Below are positions 36,425 to 50,754 of a stretch of DNA of 64,000 bases, one piece after another. The position numbers and the translations under genes were made by a program. This DNA comes from Lama glama. Its lineage: Eukaryota. Where the stretch lies: NCBI GenBank assembly GCA_028534125.1, contig CM052816.1, positions 31,436,001 through 31,500,000 of the forward strand, given 5' to 3'. The notes under the pieces are model-generated. The model was not told where the DNA came from and searched no databases. It worked only from the letters and a program-made list of their open reading frames with translations. Positions within the stretch are counted from its first letter, which is position 1. Each line of letters begins with the position of its first letter.

Positions 36425-36790
36425 ATTTACAATGGAATGTTACGCCACCCTGAAAAGAAATAAAATTCTGATATATGCTACAACATAGGTGAACTTTGAA
36501 AACATGCTAAGTGAGAAAAGCCAGACGCAAAAGGACAGATAGTAAATGTCCCACTTATATGAGGTACCTAGAATAGGCAGATTCATAGAGACAGAAAGAA
36601 TAATTGTGACCAGAATTGCAGGGGAGCAAAGAATAGGGAGTCCTGTTTAGTGAGTACAGAGTTTCTGCTTCAGTTAATGGAAAAGTTCTGGAAATGGATA
36701 GCGGTGATGGTTGCACAACATTATGAATATACTCATAATGGTATGGTTAAAATGAGAAATTTTATGTATATTGTACCACAAATATTTTTT
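36425..36790 (+). mobile_element. L1MB-type 3' end
   Basis: acaatggaatgttac...gaactttgaaaacatgctaagtgag...ccacttatatgaggtacctagaataggcagattcatagagacagaaag. Confidence 0.75.
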
Positions 36791-37029
36791 AAAAATCCAG
36801 ATTCTTTCCTTCTTTTTGCTCTGCCAACTTCAGTGTTCCAGCTGAGCTGTGTTTAGAGTTGTGCTGTGGCTGCCGAGTGTCAGGCACCAGATATAGACAT
36901 CAGAGCATCCAGCCTAATGAGATGATGGCAGTGGTTCACCCAAGTGAGGAAAACTGTTTCTTCCCTGCATTGTTGAAAATTGCTTATCCATGGTGATAAT
37001 AAAATCCACCTGACTTCTGGTTGGTTTTA

Positions 37030-37908
37030 TTATTTTTTTTCAATTGGCATATAGTCAGTTTACAATGTGTCAATTTCTGATGTACAGCATGTTTCAATCA
37101 TACATATACATACATTTATTCATTTTCATGTTCTTTTTCATTATAGGTTACTACAAGATATTGAATATGGTTCCCTGTGCTATACAGTAAGACCTTGTTG
37201 TTTATCTATTTTATATGTAGTAGTTGGTATCGGCAAATCCCAAACTCCCAATTATCTCTTTTACCCCCTTACCCCCCAGTAACTATAAATTTGTTTTCTA
37301 TGTCTGTGAGCCTGTTTCTGTTTTGTAAATAAGTTCATTTGTGTCATTTTGTTTTGATTTCACACATAAATGATATATGGTATTTGTCTTTTTCTTTCTG
37401 ACTTACTTCACTTGGTATGATAATCTTTAGGTCCATGCACGTTGCTGCAAATGGCATTATTTCATTCTTTTTTATGGCAAGTAATTTTCCATTGTATGTA
37501 TATGTACCACAACTTCTTTATCCAATCATCTGGTGTTGGACACTTAGGTTGTTTCCATGTCTTGACTACTGTGAATAGTGCTGCTGTGAACACTGGGGTC
37601 CATGTGTCTTTGAATTACAGTTTTCTCCGGATACATGCCCAGGAGTGGGATTGCTGGATCTTATAGTAAGTCTGCTTTTGGTTTTAAGTAACCTCTATAC
37701 TGTCCTCTGTAGTGGCTGCATGAAATTACATTCCCACCAGCAATGTAGAAGGGTTCCCTTTTTCCCGCACCCTCTCCTGCATTTATCATTTGTGGACTTC
37801 TTGATGATGGCCATTCTGACTGGTGTGAAGTGATACTTGTAGTTTTGATTGGCATTTCTCTGATAATTGGTGATATTGAACATCTTTTCTTGTGCCTTTT
37901 GGCCATCC
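37030..37908 (-). mobile_element. 5'-truncated L1 (ORF2 C-terminus and 3'UTR)
   Basis: Frameshifted minus-strand MAKRHKKRCSISPIIREMPIKTT / [35 protein letters not shown], the L1 ORF2 Cys-rich domain. Confidence 0.9.
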
Positions 37909-40164
37909 TTTAGCCATGTTTTGTTGCTCCCAATGTTCTGAAGAGGTAGATAAATTTTGTATACACTTGAAGTTGAATGGGGTAACCCATTTAACTCAGC
38001 CCTCTTCTGGGGCTCAGGAACTGCCAGATATTTTTGCTTCATTTGGGAATATAGGCTGGATGAAGCTTGGTTAGACTGTGCCCCCTTGGGGTGGGTGGAG
38101 GAGTAGTGAGAGAAGCATTTGTCTACTTTGCTCCTTCCTGTCCTGACTAACTGGATTTCTACCCTGAATTTCAGGTTGCTTGCTGGGCTTAATCCCTTCT
38201 GGTGCAAGTCAGGGCTGTTTTCCACTTCAGTCCCACGTTCTTCACTTTTGCGGATCCTAGCACCTTAGTTGAGGCTTGGACTGGACCCAAAACCTCCTGT
38301 AAGGGCCACGGGCCTCCATGTGTAAGGATCAATGGAACTAGTTACAGAAACCACTTCCTTGGGTCCTCTCATCCCCTGCAGCTGATTCCTAAACCCCAGT
38401 CCCGGTTGTGGGTACAGCTCCAAAGCCTGGAAAAGCCCAATCACTTCATCTCCACGTAGTAAATACTAAATCCACATGTGGATGGGATTCTGCCACGCCA
38501 TGTCCCTGCTCAGAAGAGGACTCTGCAGGAGAGAGGTCAAAGTGATTCTCCCAGACTCATCATGGGGAGATCTGAGTTGAACTCCACACTGCGGAGGATG
38601 TGGGGTGGCTCAGTATAAACATCCAGTTAAGGAGAATCATCTCGGTGCAGGTAAGAAACCGTATGTCACACTTCACGGTTGAATCATGCTATTTCCGACT
38701 TGAGGGAAAGTTTGTTGATCCATGACTGGGAAGGCGCTAACCCAGGGCTTGTGAGAAGCTCTTGCCACAAATATGTTGCTGGTGAAGTGAGAGTTACTGT
38801 GTTTGCCCTGGGCATCAGCCCTGTGTCTCTGCCTTTTCGCCCCATCACAGCCTTACATTGCCCAGTCTTATGTTGCCTGATGAGCTGACATGGAATGTGA
38901 CTGTGCTCTCTGTTCTTGTGGGAAGGTCTGAAGAAAGTTGCCAAGCACCTGATGAAACAAAGCTAGAGTATCTGAAAATTGACATCCTTAAAGCAATGAC
39001 TAAAAGGAATGAACGAATACAGGAGAACCAATGTTGTTGTCTGTGAATCTGATGTTTCTTAGGAGGTTCCAAGTAGAATGTGTTAGGTTTTGAATATTTA
39101 GTGGCTGGATGAGAACAATATTCTGATATGTATTTGTATTCCAAATCCTCCTTGGCAACCTGCATTGTCAATTAACACATTAAGTGTGAATTGGCGTAAA
39201 TAATACTTGAAAGGGCCATTAATTAATAACTCAGAGCATGAAAATGATTTGATCAAAAGCTCAACAAGTGAACCTGTGAGGATAATAAAAAATGGTGGCT
39301 GTCCCCTCCCCTTCGCCAGTGCACTGGCTTCCACATCTGATTACTCCAACGTCTGCCCTCGTTCACACCTCCCTCCCTTTCTGGCATGAGCAACATTTGT
39401 TCTGCGGGAAAAGAGCGCCTTTATTTGATATAGTGTGCCTCCCATTCTCTTCAAATAAAGTTGGTTCTGAGTCATTTTACTCTGAGGTGAATAAATAGGA
39501 ACGACTTTTTTTAGAAGCAAATAGCAAGAACCTGCTTTTAAGCAGTTTTGTAATCTCATCAGGAATGTTCCTTCCAGCTACCTCCTCAAACCTCAGGCTT
39601 CAAACAAGGAAATCTCTACAGACTAGCTGCTCCTAGGGGATTTCCTGGGATGCGTTGGACAGGATGCATAACTGGCTTGGCAGATAATGCTTAAGTATGT
39701 TTATTAGTAAAAGCACTGTCATGTGACTCTAAAATTATCTGGTGATGATGGTTGCACAATTCTGCGAATATATTAAAAGCGGTTGAATTGTATACCTTAA
39801 ATGGATACATTTTATGGTATATGAAATAAAGCTCACTGAAGAAAGAACAGACAAAACCCCACAAGCTGCAACAACAAAATGTTGTAGTGATTTGGAATAC
39901 AATTTGGCAATAGCTAGTAATGTTGGGAAAGCAGGTATCTCTTGTGAACCTAATAACTCCCCCTCTGGATTTGTACCCTAGAGAAACTGTCTGCAGGTAC
40001 CCAAAGAAGCATGTGTGAGGAGGATGTCCACTGTAATATTGTTTGTAATAGTTTAAGAAAAAAAAGAGACTAGAAACAATCTAAATGCCCATCAATAGGA
40101 AAACAAAAACACTGATTGTAGGTTCATATGATTGAATACTATAGAGTATTTAAAGTAATTGACA

Positions 40165-40410
40165 GAAAGGGGGTGGAGGAGGGATAAGTTGGGAGTTTGA
40201 GATTTATAGATACTAACTACTGTATATAAAACAGATAAATAACAAGAACCTACTGTATAGTATAGGGAACTATATTTAATACCTTGTAATGGCTTACAAT
40301 GAAAAAGAATATATATGTATAAATGAACCACTATGCTGTGCAACAGAAATTAACATTGTAAATTGACTATACTTCAATTAAAAAAAAACAAAAAAAAGGA
40401 AAAAATAAAA
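40165..40410 (+). mobile_element. L1 3' end with poly(A), nested in an older L1
   Basis: gggataagttgggagtttgagat...aacattgtaaattgactatacttcaattaaaaaaa. Confidence 0.8.
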
Positions 40411-40461
40411 TAACAAAGCTACATATCTCAACATGGGTAAATCTCAAAAACATAATGCTGG

Positions 40462-40605
40462 ATGTTATGTTGTCGGTTTTTATGGCTGAATAATATTCCA
40501 TTATATAAATATACCACATCTTCTTCTACATTGTAAAATGATTATAAATCAATAAAAAAAAAGTTTAAAAAATAAAGTGTAAAAAAACAAAAACAAAAAC
40601 AAAAA
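40462..40605. mobile_element. 5'-inverted (twin-primed) short L1 insertion
   Basis: Antisense L1 piece joined to a sense L1-like 3' end and A-rich tail; TSD ATAATGCTGG at 40452-40461 and 40606-40615. Confidence 0.7.
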
Positions 40606-41784
40606 ATAATGCTGGGGAGGGTAGAGCAAGTTGCAGAATAACATGGACATTTTATTTGATACCATTTATATAAAGTGTTGAAATACAAAATGGCACTATT
40701 TTCTAATGGATACACACATAGGTGGTGGTATGTTTTTTCCTTGCTTTTCTGTGTATTTGAAATAGTTAATAATCATTTTTTAAGTTAGTGCACACTTACG
40801 ATCATGTTAAGTGCTAGAAAATTTCCTTACACATACAATGATGTGAGGAATGAAAAAAAGAAGACTCAACAGATAAATCAATTAGAGAAATATATGCTGG
40901 TACTAATAGGTTCATTTTTTTAAATCACCTACTTGTGTCAGGCAGTTAACTTACATTATCTCCAGTGTTCCCCAGTCTCTGTATGGTTAGTCTTATTATG
41001 TCCATTATGAGTCCCAGGAAACTGAAGCTGGAGACATAAATAATAAGCCAAGTTCAGGGGCTGGTAGATAATGGAGTCATTGGAATATAAAGGAGTCTGG
41101 CTCCAAAGCTTGGCTGTTCTTAGGCTCCATGATGCTTCTCAGTGGATCTATTTCTCCAGGTGGATAATCCTAGGAGAAGTCTGTAGTACAAAGAGAAATG
41201 CATGGCAATTTCTGAGTAAAAGCAAGAAATGGCATGGTGAGGTTGCCCTATTTTCAGTCTTCCTTGCCTAGTATGAATAACTCATGACTGGGAGTCAGAA
41301 GACACATGTACTAACTTCCTGTACTGCTGTCTAGCTGTTTCCAATCATTGTTTGGTCTGAAGTTTGTTTAGGACTGAAATTTTGTCCTAAGTTTTGCTTT
41401 GGACTTCAGTTTTGCTTTGTTTTATTTGCTTTCTTTGTTCATGCTGGATGTTTCATATGTTACATGAAACACTGCTTTTATTTAGAGGGAAGAATTAAAA
41501 ATAAGAGAAACTGGATAAGTGGGAATCATGTTTATTTTAGAGAAGTTAGTGTTGCAAAGCTCCTGGATACATATAACTTTGTGGCTTTTTTTGTGTCTTC
41601 AAAACAAAAAGGCTTTTGAGCAATGTATGAAACATTGACTTAAGGAAACAAATACAGACATTGACATACACTCTGGTCTGTGAGTTTCAGGAGGGGCTAA
41701 TTAGGCAAAACAACTATGGCATAGAATTCTGTATTTTGTTTCTTCCTTTTCCTTCCTTTTTTCATTCACCTAGTTTCTTTTTAA

Positions 41785-42300
41785 AAAGATTTTAATTGAA
41801 GTATAGTCAGTTTACAATGTGTTAATTTGTGGTGCACGGCATAGTGATTCAGTTATACATATATTCTTTTTCATTACAGGCTATTACAAGATACTGAATA
41901 TAGTTCCCTGTGCTCTACAGTAAGATCTTTTTGTTTATTTTGTATTTAGTAGTTTGTACCTGCAAATCCCAAATTCCCAATTTATCCCTCCCCATCTCTT
42001 TCACTCTCCTGCCCTGGGACCTCTAATTTTGTTTTCTATGTCTGTGGGTCTGTTTCTGTTTTGTAAATAAGTTCATTTGTGTTATTTTAAGTGATATCAT
42101 GTGGTATTTTTCTTTCCCTTGCTGACTTGCTTCTCTTAGTATGACAATCTCCAGGTCCATCCATGTTGCTGTAAATGGCATTATTTTATTCTTTTTATGG
42201 CTGAGTATATATATTACCCATTGTATAAATATACCACACCTTCTTCATCCAGTCATCTGTTGATGGACATTTAGGTTGCTTCCATGTCTTGGCTATTGTC
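41785..42300 (-). mobile_element. 5'-truncated L1 3'UTR
   Basis: Closely similar to 37030-37570. Confidence 0.85.
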
Positions 42301-43289
42301 CGTATGTTTTGTGATTATGCTGTGTGTGGAGCCACATTATCTGGGTTCAATCCTAGTTCTTTTTACTCCTTGGGTAACTTTGGGCGAATTAGTTAAGCTC
42401 TCCATGCTTCAGTTGCTTCATTGGTAAAAATGGGAATCATAGTAATGACTACCTCTTAGACTTGTTGTAAAAAGTAAGTGGGTTAAAATGGGTAAAGTGC
42501 TTAAGAAAGGGGGAGTAAGGCATAATGGGAAGTCACCTTCATCCTGACCTGGCCCATTATTCATGGCTGACTGCTAAGCTAATAGCCAAGCAGTTAGATT
42601 CAGATCCTGATAGTTGCTGTTTTTTCCCTTCCAGACCATATGGGTTCACCTTCCTTTCATAAGTTTTCCTAAAACCAAGGAACAACCCATCTGCCACTTA
42701 AACAAGGATAGATTTATTGCTTTTAACTTTAAAAAATAAAAGATGTCTGTAGAGATGAAGTCTGTTTTTGGAGCCTCATCTACACTGCCTCCTCCTTCTA
42801 GCTGTGTCTGGTGGCTGTCAGACCTCCGATCACTGGCGAGGAGAAAAGGGAGAGAACTCAGAGGCTGTGATCTAAAGGGGAGGTGACATAAGGCTCAGTA
42901 GTCACTGACCCCAGTGACTCCAATACTTTCTTTGTTTCACTGAGTTTCATACTGGCTAAAGAACTGGAGGGCTCCCAGCCATTCACTCATGGGCAGTCTA
43001 AGTGTGTGCTGTATGTAGTAGCATCTTCATTCCTCTCTTCTAGCAAAGAGAGGAAGATGAGGGCCACTCTATGCTTGACTCCAGCCGCTAGGGATATTCT
43101 GGCTTTGGTTAGTGCTCTGCTACGTGGTTGCTGTGAGGAGTAGACAATTCAGACTATGTGACAGTTGGGGACTTAGGGGGACAATAGATCCTAGTTACTA
43201 TCCTTTTGCTGAGATATTTCTTTTATTCCTCTTTCGACTGATACATTAGGACCCAGGCTATTTTCTGTGCTAATAAAGACCTGTTCAAC

Positions 43290-44820
43290 TTAAAAAATAA
43301 GGTAGTTCTACTTAATTTTTAAAATAGATAAGATGTTCAAAGACTTCAAAATTCAAAAGGTACAATGAAGCAATTCAGTTTCCATTTTCAAAGCCAATTA
43401 ATACTACCAGCTCCGTGTGTGCTCTTCCGAAGACACTCATGCATATACAATTAATAACACGTGTGCATATGTACATATATTTTATATCTATCCATACCTA
43501 CCAATCAGTCTATCTCGGTGCACATCTTCCTCATTTTGTTCTTCTTATTGACTGTCTAATATTTCATTTTTTCAATATATCATTTCTTTTAACCAGTCTC
43601 TATTGGTGGACTTTTAGGTTATTTTCAGTCTTTGTCATTACAATGTCCCTATAACGAATAACCTTGTATGTATGAAATTTTGTACTTGTGTGAATGAGTG
43701 TATCAGCAAGATAAAAGCCTAGTAGTGGACTTGCTGAGTTAATGAGCAAATGCACATGAAATTTTTGTACATTTTGTACTGTCAAAATGCTCTCCACAAA
43801 GGTTGCATCAATTTATACTGCTACCAACATTATATGAGATGGCTGGTTTCCCCAGATTCTTCCAAGAGTATGTCACCAAATGTTTTGGTCTTTCCCAATC
43901 TAATATATAAAAAAATAATAGCACCTCAAAAATAGTATCTCATCCAAGTTTGAACTGTCATTTTTCAAACAGTGAGATTGAACACCTTCTCATATGTTTA
44001 AGAGCCTTTGGTGGTCCCTTTTCTGTGAACTATCTGCATGTATCTTTTGCCCAAGGTTCTATTGAGCTGTCAGTCTTTTATTATGGATTTCATAGGAGCT
44101 CCTTATGTGTGGGATACATTAGCCCTTGTTTGTGGTTTTAGTTGTAAATATTTTTCTCCGTATAGGTTTTGACTTTGCTTATCTTTTCCCATGTAAACAT
44201 TTTTTATGTGTAAATAATAGAATTTATAATTTTTTTCTTTTATCTGGGCTTTTTTTCCCCTAGTTTTTTTCACGCTTAGGAGGGATTTCCTCATGTGAAG
44301 ATTATTGAAAATTATCCTCTGGTTTCTTCTAGTACCTTTACAGTTTTGTTGTTCACATTAAAGTCTTTGATCACTATAGAATTTATTTTGGTGTGAAGTG
44401 TAAGATGTTGGTCTAATTACTTTTTTGTCTCTGGTTGCTCTGACACCCTTTTGTGATAATCTCTGTTTCCCCAATAATTTAAAATGCCACCTTGATCATG
44501 TATGTATTTGGGGCCTATTCCTGGACTTTGTGTTTCCCATTAATCTATCAATCTGTTCATGCATCCTTATCATACTGTTTAAATTATTATCACCTTATAG
44601 TATGTTTTAGTTTCTGAGAAAGTTTATCTACCCTTATTACCCTTCATTTTCAGAATGTTCTTTTCCTACACTTGTTTGTTTACTATTTCATGAATGTGAG
44701 GTATTAATTTAAACATATTATCCTTAAAATATGCTTATATCACTTCAAAAATCCTTTTTTGTTACTTTAGTAGGACTGCCTTACATTATGGCTTAGTTTA
44801 AGAAGATTTGATATCTCGTG
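43290..44820 (-). mobile_element. Old L1 fragment
   Basis: L1 antisense motifs (ggttgcatcaatttatactgctaccaac, gagattgaacaccttctcatatgttta). Confidence 0.7.
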
Positions 44821-45876
44821 AGAAGGATATCAAATGTGTGTTTTCCTGTCTAGCATCTCTTATGCCAAAGAGCAGTGTGGATGTGCCATCTTGGGAACTT
44901 TTAACAAAAATGCAGAGCTCTCGCATGCATTATGTGCCAAGGGTTTAAAGCAGGCCTTGCACAGGTGCACCAATAATTTTTGCTTTGGGACTTGGACAGA
45001 ACATTTTGACTCTCTGTATCATGGTTATGTCTAAAATTAATAGTAAGCAGTTTAAATTTAAAAATACGTATTAAGAACCTTAACATCCATATTCTAATAA
45101 TTATATTCTTATGCAAGAAAATAATTAGAGATATGTAGAAAATGTTATGTATAAGAATGCTTACTCTGGTGTATTTTATAACAACAAAAATTGGAAATGA
45201 TGTAAATGCATATCAGTGGAGGCTTGAGTAAATTTAAAATGGTAATCCTTATCTTAAAATACCATTCAGTGATTCAAAATTTTTCTTTTCATAAATATTT
45301 ATTAACATAAAAATTCCAGTTATAATTGTAAAGAACAAGAAACCAAAGTATATTTAGTATGTTTCTAATTTGCTTTTAAAAGTTGAATGTTACGTATCCT
45401 TCAGAAAAAGACGAAAGGTGGTAAACCAAAATGTTAGCGTTAGCCATCTACAGGGTTGGATTGTGCCTACCTTTGGTTTTCCTTCTTTGTGTTTTGTTGT
45501 ATTTTCCAACTTTTCTATAAGGAGCAGTACTATTTTGTAATAATGTAATTCTTAGTGAAATCCTAAACAATTAGCTTTCATAACAAAGTTGTGGTTGAAA
45601 GGTGTATAAGTGTTTGAAAAATATTTTGTGAAATCAGAACAGCCTATAAATGCTGAATGTTCCTCTACTTAATTTATGACATAATTACCCTTTCTGAAAA
45701 AACTCTTACTGGAATCATGGTTCCATTATTGAATGACTTATATAAAAACATAGCTTTAAAAACATAGTGGCTTGTAGAAAAAACTTTTCTATGAAACACG
45801 GTAGTGGAGTTGGAGTTTTTTCCAAGCACAAGCCACTTGTCCTCTTTGCTTGCTTGGTCCTGCAATAAACATTTCG

Positions 45877-45942
45877 AAAGAAAGGAAGGAAGGAAAGAAG
45901 GAAGGAAGGAGAAGGAAAGGAGGGAAAGAAAAGAAAAGAAAC
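45877..45942. repeat. GGAA/GAAAA purine-rich simple repeat
   Basis: Read directly. Confidence 0.85.
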
Positions 45943-47404
45943 AACACAATAGTAAAATTAAATGTGCAAAATTAGAATAAAAAGGAATTGCTGGACAAAT
46001 TTATTATTTGCTGGTAGCTTGACTGCACACTTTTTGTAAAACAAAACAAAACAAAACGAAACAACAAAGATGGAGAAATCAACCATTGTTACAAATTTAC
46101 TGTCAAAAAATGTAATATCTATAAACTAGCAAGAAGAAAAAGAGGCTAATTGTGTGATTGTGATGTAGATCACGAGCAGGCTAGGACACCTATTTTTACT
46201 GCCACTGAAGTACCTAGTTCCTGTAGAGCAGCCCCTGCTCCCCACAGCGTGTTTACATGCTCTCAGGGGCGAGTGTTGCAAACTGTCTGCTACTAACCCC
46301 TTGCTGAGTTATGTTTACCACTCTCAGGCACAGGGAAACATGAACACAAACTTAAGAAATGAACATTTCTCTTAAGTTTGGTTTCATTGGAAATATTTAT
46401 AGAATGCATTTTCTCTAATCCCAAAAGTATTTTATTGCCAAGTTTTAAAACGTTATTTCTAAATTTTCCAAGAAGTTCAGTTTATAACACACATGGATTT
46501 TTTTCCCGGAGACTTGGATAATTAACTACTTTGAGCTGAAATTTTGTTGACACATTAGTGTAAATTTTGATCAATGAAATATATCAAGGTTTAAAATGAA
46601 AGAAGATTTATATAATAGTAACCCTTCATTTTGGGGGTGAGGGAGAATTTGAAAATATGTGGTTCTTAGTGCTGAGCCTGTCATTTAGACCCTCCCACAT
46701 AAGATATTTGTCGTCAAATGTTTTTCTAGAAAATGGTGATTTTTCTGAGGTTGAGAAATAAGACTCATAGTTCTCGATTGTTGCAGTAAAGCATTATTTC
46801 TACCTTCATTCAAAATCTTTTATTGAGCACATACTATGTATCACATATCGGGCAAAAGGCTGATAAGTAAGACATGGTTCCTGCTCCCAAGGAGGGTTCA
46901 GATGAGTCAAAGGCACAGCTAGGTAAGAGCCTGGCCATGGTAACAGAGTAAACTCCATGTACCAGGTATTGTAAAAGATGGAGCACTTGGGCTCTGAACA
47001 GCCACCTAGAAATTTCACCCAGTGGGTGGTATCCTCAGTGGAAGGGGGTGATAATGCTGTTGCTGATGGGTGACGAAGTCAGCAGTGACAACAGGGCCGG
47101 ACATTGTGCTCAACACTGTATATGTACATGATCTACTTAGTTTTTGCCATAATTCAGTGAAGTAGGTAGTAAATAATTTCTTTTTACAAATAAGAAACAA
47201 GGGGTGGAGCTGATATACAAACCTGGCTCCTTCTGATTTGGGGTTTAAGCCCTTAAGAATTGTGGCCTTGGAAATTCTGCAAAGCTGGATTTGAATTCCG
47301 CACTGTGCCTCCTCGCTGAGTGATTGTCGGTAAGTTACTTTGCCTCTCTAAGCTTCAGATTCCTCCTTTGTAAAACAGCGGTAGTAGTAACACCTGTGAA
47401 CAAT

Positions 47405-47820
47405 GCTGTTCGCTTCCTACCCGATAGCTGCCTCTCCTTCCTTCCTTCTTCCTTGCTGGTAGAGCTCACTTCCAGTTACTACGCCTGAAAATCCCAGATA
47501 CTCATGTTCTCAGTTGCCCTTGTAGCTGGGGCCTGGACGCATGACCAAGTCCTGGCCCGTGGGACCCGAGGGGGACAGCAGTGGGAGGAGCATTTCATCT
47601 CTCATAGAAACCAGTGCGAGGAATCTACTTTCATCTCATGCGGTGTGAAGCCTGATACTACCCTAGCCAACTTGCAGTCCAAAAAACGACACCATGGATA
47701 TGCAGGGGATGGCATCAGACAGAAGGGAAGCAGCGGAGTCTGGGTTAACATCCGGGAGCTCTGAGGACAGTACATTTTCTTCCTTATTTAAACATTTTTA
47801 ATTGGACATTCTCTGGCTCA
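47405..47820. mobile_element. MLT1-like LTR splitting a MIR
   Basis: gcccttgtagctgggg...catgaccaagtcctggcc; MIR halves at ~47280-47400 and ~47830-47910. Confidence 0.5.
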
Positions 47821-48414
47821 CAGATACTCAAAAGTTTTAGATGAGCTAAATTGTGTAAAGCACTTACACAGTGCAGTATAATAACTGCATATAGTAAATG
47901 TTCAATAATAGAGATTCTTATAATCTTCTTGGTCAAAGTTATCTAAGTATGATTTTTATTTTGCAGCTTTTGATCATTAGTAAGACACAGAGTTTTCTCT
48001 CTTTGTTAATAACCATTTCTAAATGGGCCAAATCTAAGCTTATAAGTATCATATAAACCAAATAGTTGATGCTGTTTAACTTCTCAGAGGATTAAGCAGA
48101 GTGCCAAGTAACAAGTAGGTGAGTTGGCACAGAGCTTTGAAATATTAGATGAGCTGCTGGATCAATCATTAATTGCTTTCTTGCGCCTGAAGGATTATAG
48201 GCAGCCTCATAGACAGAGGCTTTCTTTTTACAAATTAACATACAATTGACCACCAAGAATGCACCTGGAGCTCTGGTTGCCACCCTGTGAGGATACTAGG
48301 AGATGTCATCAGTCTGCGACTGGGAAGAGGCCGCTCACCTGAACTCGACCAGGCTGGCGGCCTGATCTCAGTCTTCCAGACTCCAGAACGGTGAGAAATA
48401 AATTCTGTTGTTTG

Positions 48415-48962
48415 TGAGCAAAAAAAGAATATGCACGTGAAGTTAGACAAGTTGGGTTTTATTACTCACTGCAGAGAGGGAGAACATACCTCATGCGGAA
48501 TAATGGAGCATCTCAGTAAAAGGATAGTAGAAAGAATGTGTTATAGGATTGGGACTTTGGTTAGGTAATTTAGGGGAGGCTCTAAGGAGGTGGGGATTTG
48601 TTCTAGATCAGATCCTGTAAGAAAAGAGGAACAATTCTGTGATTGGGCATCAGTAAATCTTATCTATAAAAAGTGGAGACTAGAATGAGGATAAAGTTGT
48701 AATTGGCTAATTTATAGCAGTGAGTCATCTTGGCCAAGTGAGGAGGTGTTTGGGATTTTGCAGGTGACATACTGCCTTTGTTTTCGTCTGTGCTTAGAAA
48801 TTGTGAAGGGGCCTCACCTTGTCTCATTTTGTTACGGTCTTAGAGGCACCTTGTCTGAGGTTGATGTTCTGTGAGATGATTCATGTCTAATAGGATAACA
48901 TGGTCTCATGAGTATAAGGCAAGCTTCTGGATGTAGGGGGGTCCTTTTGGGTTTTTTTCTCA
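48415..48962 (-). mobile_element. Solo LTR (ERV1, MER34/MER39-like) next to an MLT-type 3' end
   Basis: TGAGCAAAAAA...TTTTTTTCTCA imperfect terminal inverted repeat; minus-strand AATAAA near 48458; no TSD seen. Confidence 0.55.
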
Positions 48963-50061
48963 AAGCAAAGTGCAACAATATTAGACATGCACATGCTTTC
49001 ATATATGTAATGCTGTATTTTGAAATTTAGAATTAAAATCAATAAGGTAATGATACTTTAATATAAAGGGAGATGTTGTTTCTCTTAATGGTCTATGTTG
49101 GGGAAATTCTGTAATTCTCTTTGGCTGATGAAAGGAAGTTAGACTATGAATGCCCTAACAATTGTAGGGAAATACTTCCTCAGAAAGGTGTAGTCTCAGA
49201 CTAACTTCATCCTGGGCCAAAAGATTAAAAAAGGAATTTCTACTTTGTTTTATTCATCTTTATTTATTTTTTGGCACTCAAATCCCACTAATCATTCTTC
49301 GTTTTTAGAAAAATCTGGTGTTTACTTTTAAAAAAATCCTTTGGTTTCTTTTCACATCTACTCTTGTTTATATTTTTAACAAAAGATCATGATAGTAACT
49401 TGTAAGGCCACGTACAGGGAATGGGATTGTAAGATAAACTTTAGTTGATGTGTTTTAGTTTGAGAAATATTTAAATGCCATGTGTCCAGTTACAAACTGA
49501 TAATGAATCATGAAGACACAGGGGTAGGAATAATGATGAAGGCTGGATTAGAAGTTGGAAAATACTTTTCATAGGGAAAAGTCAAGCAGACAATGAATGG
49601 ATTTTAGTCAGTGTCATTTCTGAAAAAAAATACAAATAAATAGTGCTTGGAGAATGAAAGGAATAGGCGTTCAACTGTTGCCCCCAAATCAGCCCAGAAC
49701 TCTCTCACACAACACTGCTAACATATGTGGTTTCAACTTAGACAGGATTTTATTTCATTTATGTTGCAAAAAACATTTTCTTCAGAGAAACTACTCTAAA
49801 ATCTTCCTGTGAGAGTTCTCAAGGGTGAAGATTACCTTCAAGCTTTTTCATTGCTTTGTTCTCCTTCGTTTGTACCTGGTTGTAGTAAGTTACTGATTTT
49901 TTTTTTCCCTTCTCTTCTGGAACATATTCAACTTAGACTTGTTCCTGCAGTAATAACTTACAATCTGTTATAAACCTGTCTTGAATTAATATGCATACAT
50001 GCAGTGCAACAATAATGTGCTTTATGAAATACCCAAGATGGAAAGCAAAAGGAGCAGCATT

Positions 50062-50212
50062 AAAAATTTTTTTAATTAATTTTTTTGAGGGGGGTAGGTA
50101 GGTAGGTTTATTTGTTTATTTTTCGTGGAGGTACTGGGGGTTGGACCCAGGACCTCGTGCATGCTGAGTACACACTCTACCACTGGGCTACACCCTCCCC
50201 GCTCCACCCCTG
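50062..50212 (-). mobile_element. tRNA-derived SINE resembling camelid Vic-1
   Basis: Reverse strand reads ggggagggtgtagcccagtggtagagtgtgtactcagcatgcacgaggtcctgggtccaacccccagtacctcc plus A-rich tail; near-TSD GGA(G/A)CAGCATT at 50051-50061 and 50213-50223. Confidence 0.85.
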
Positions 50213-50379
50213 GGAACAGCATTTTGACTGTTGCTCCCCTTCTGTATGTACTGACAGAGAAGCTCTAGCATGAAAACAGAGGAAGCTGGCTAATGAGGAA
50301 AGAAGAAGCTAGGTTAGTGGCTTGGCCCTGTGGCTCTCAAGACGCTTGTCAGTGGAAGGTAAGGGGGAAGACACTGTTG

Positions 50380-50565
50380 CTGTGATTCTCAAACTTCATT
50401 GTGAGTCAAAATGACCCAGAGGGTGTGTTAAAATACTTGCTGAGCCTCACCCGCAGGAGCTTCTTACTCCTTAGGTCTCAGGTAGGACTGGAAAATTTGC
50501 GCTTCCAGTGAGTTCCCAGGTAATCCTCATACTGCTGATTTAGGAACCACACTGTAAAAACCTTT
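50380..50565. mobile_element. MER5A-like hAT DNA transposon
   Basis: gtgattctcaaactt...gagttcccaggtaatcctcatactgctg...accacactgtaaaaacc. Confidence 0.7.
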
Positions 50566-50754
50566 ACTCTTTTTGATGAATTTCCATCTGTTGAATCCCC
50601 AGCTGTGCGGGTCATAGGTTCCTCTAACATGCTGAGGTCAGTGGGAGGTGGCCTGATCCCAGGTCTCCTCTCGGTGCTAGTCTCTGTTTCCTGGACATCT
50701 TGTCTAGAGCCTGAAGCTTGGAGTCTCTCTGTTTTTACAGGGCTTGCTCTTGTA

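Noticed and set aside
37695..38225. 176-aa minus-strand ORF
   Set aside because: Chance fusion of flanking DNA with frameshifted L1 ORF2 remnant
46347..46380. Imperfect hairpin caaacttaag...cttaagtttg
   Set aside because: Too short and AT-rich for a pre-miRNA call; likely chance or local template switch
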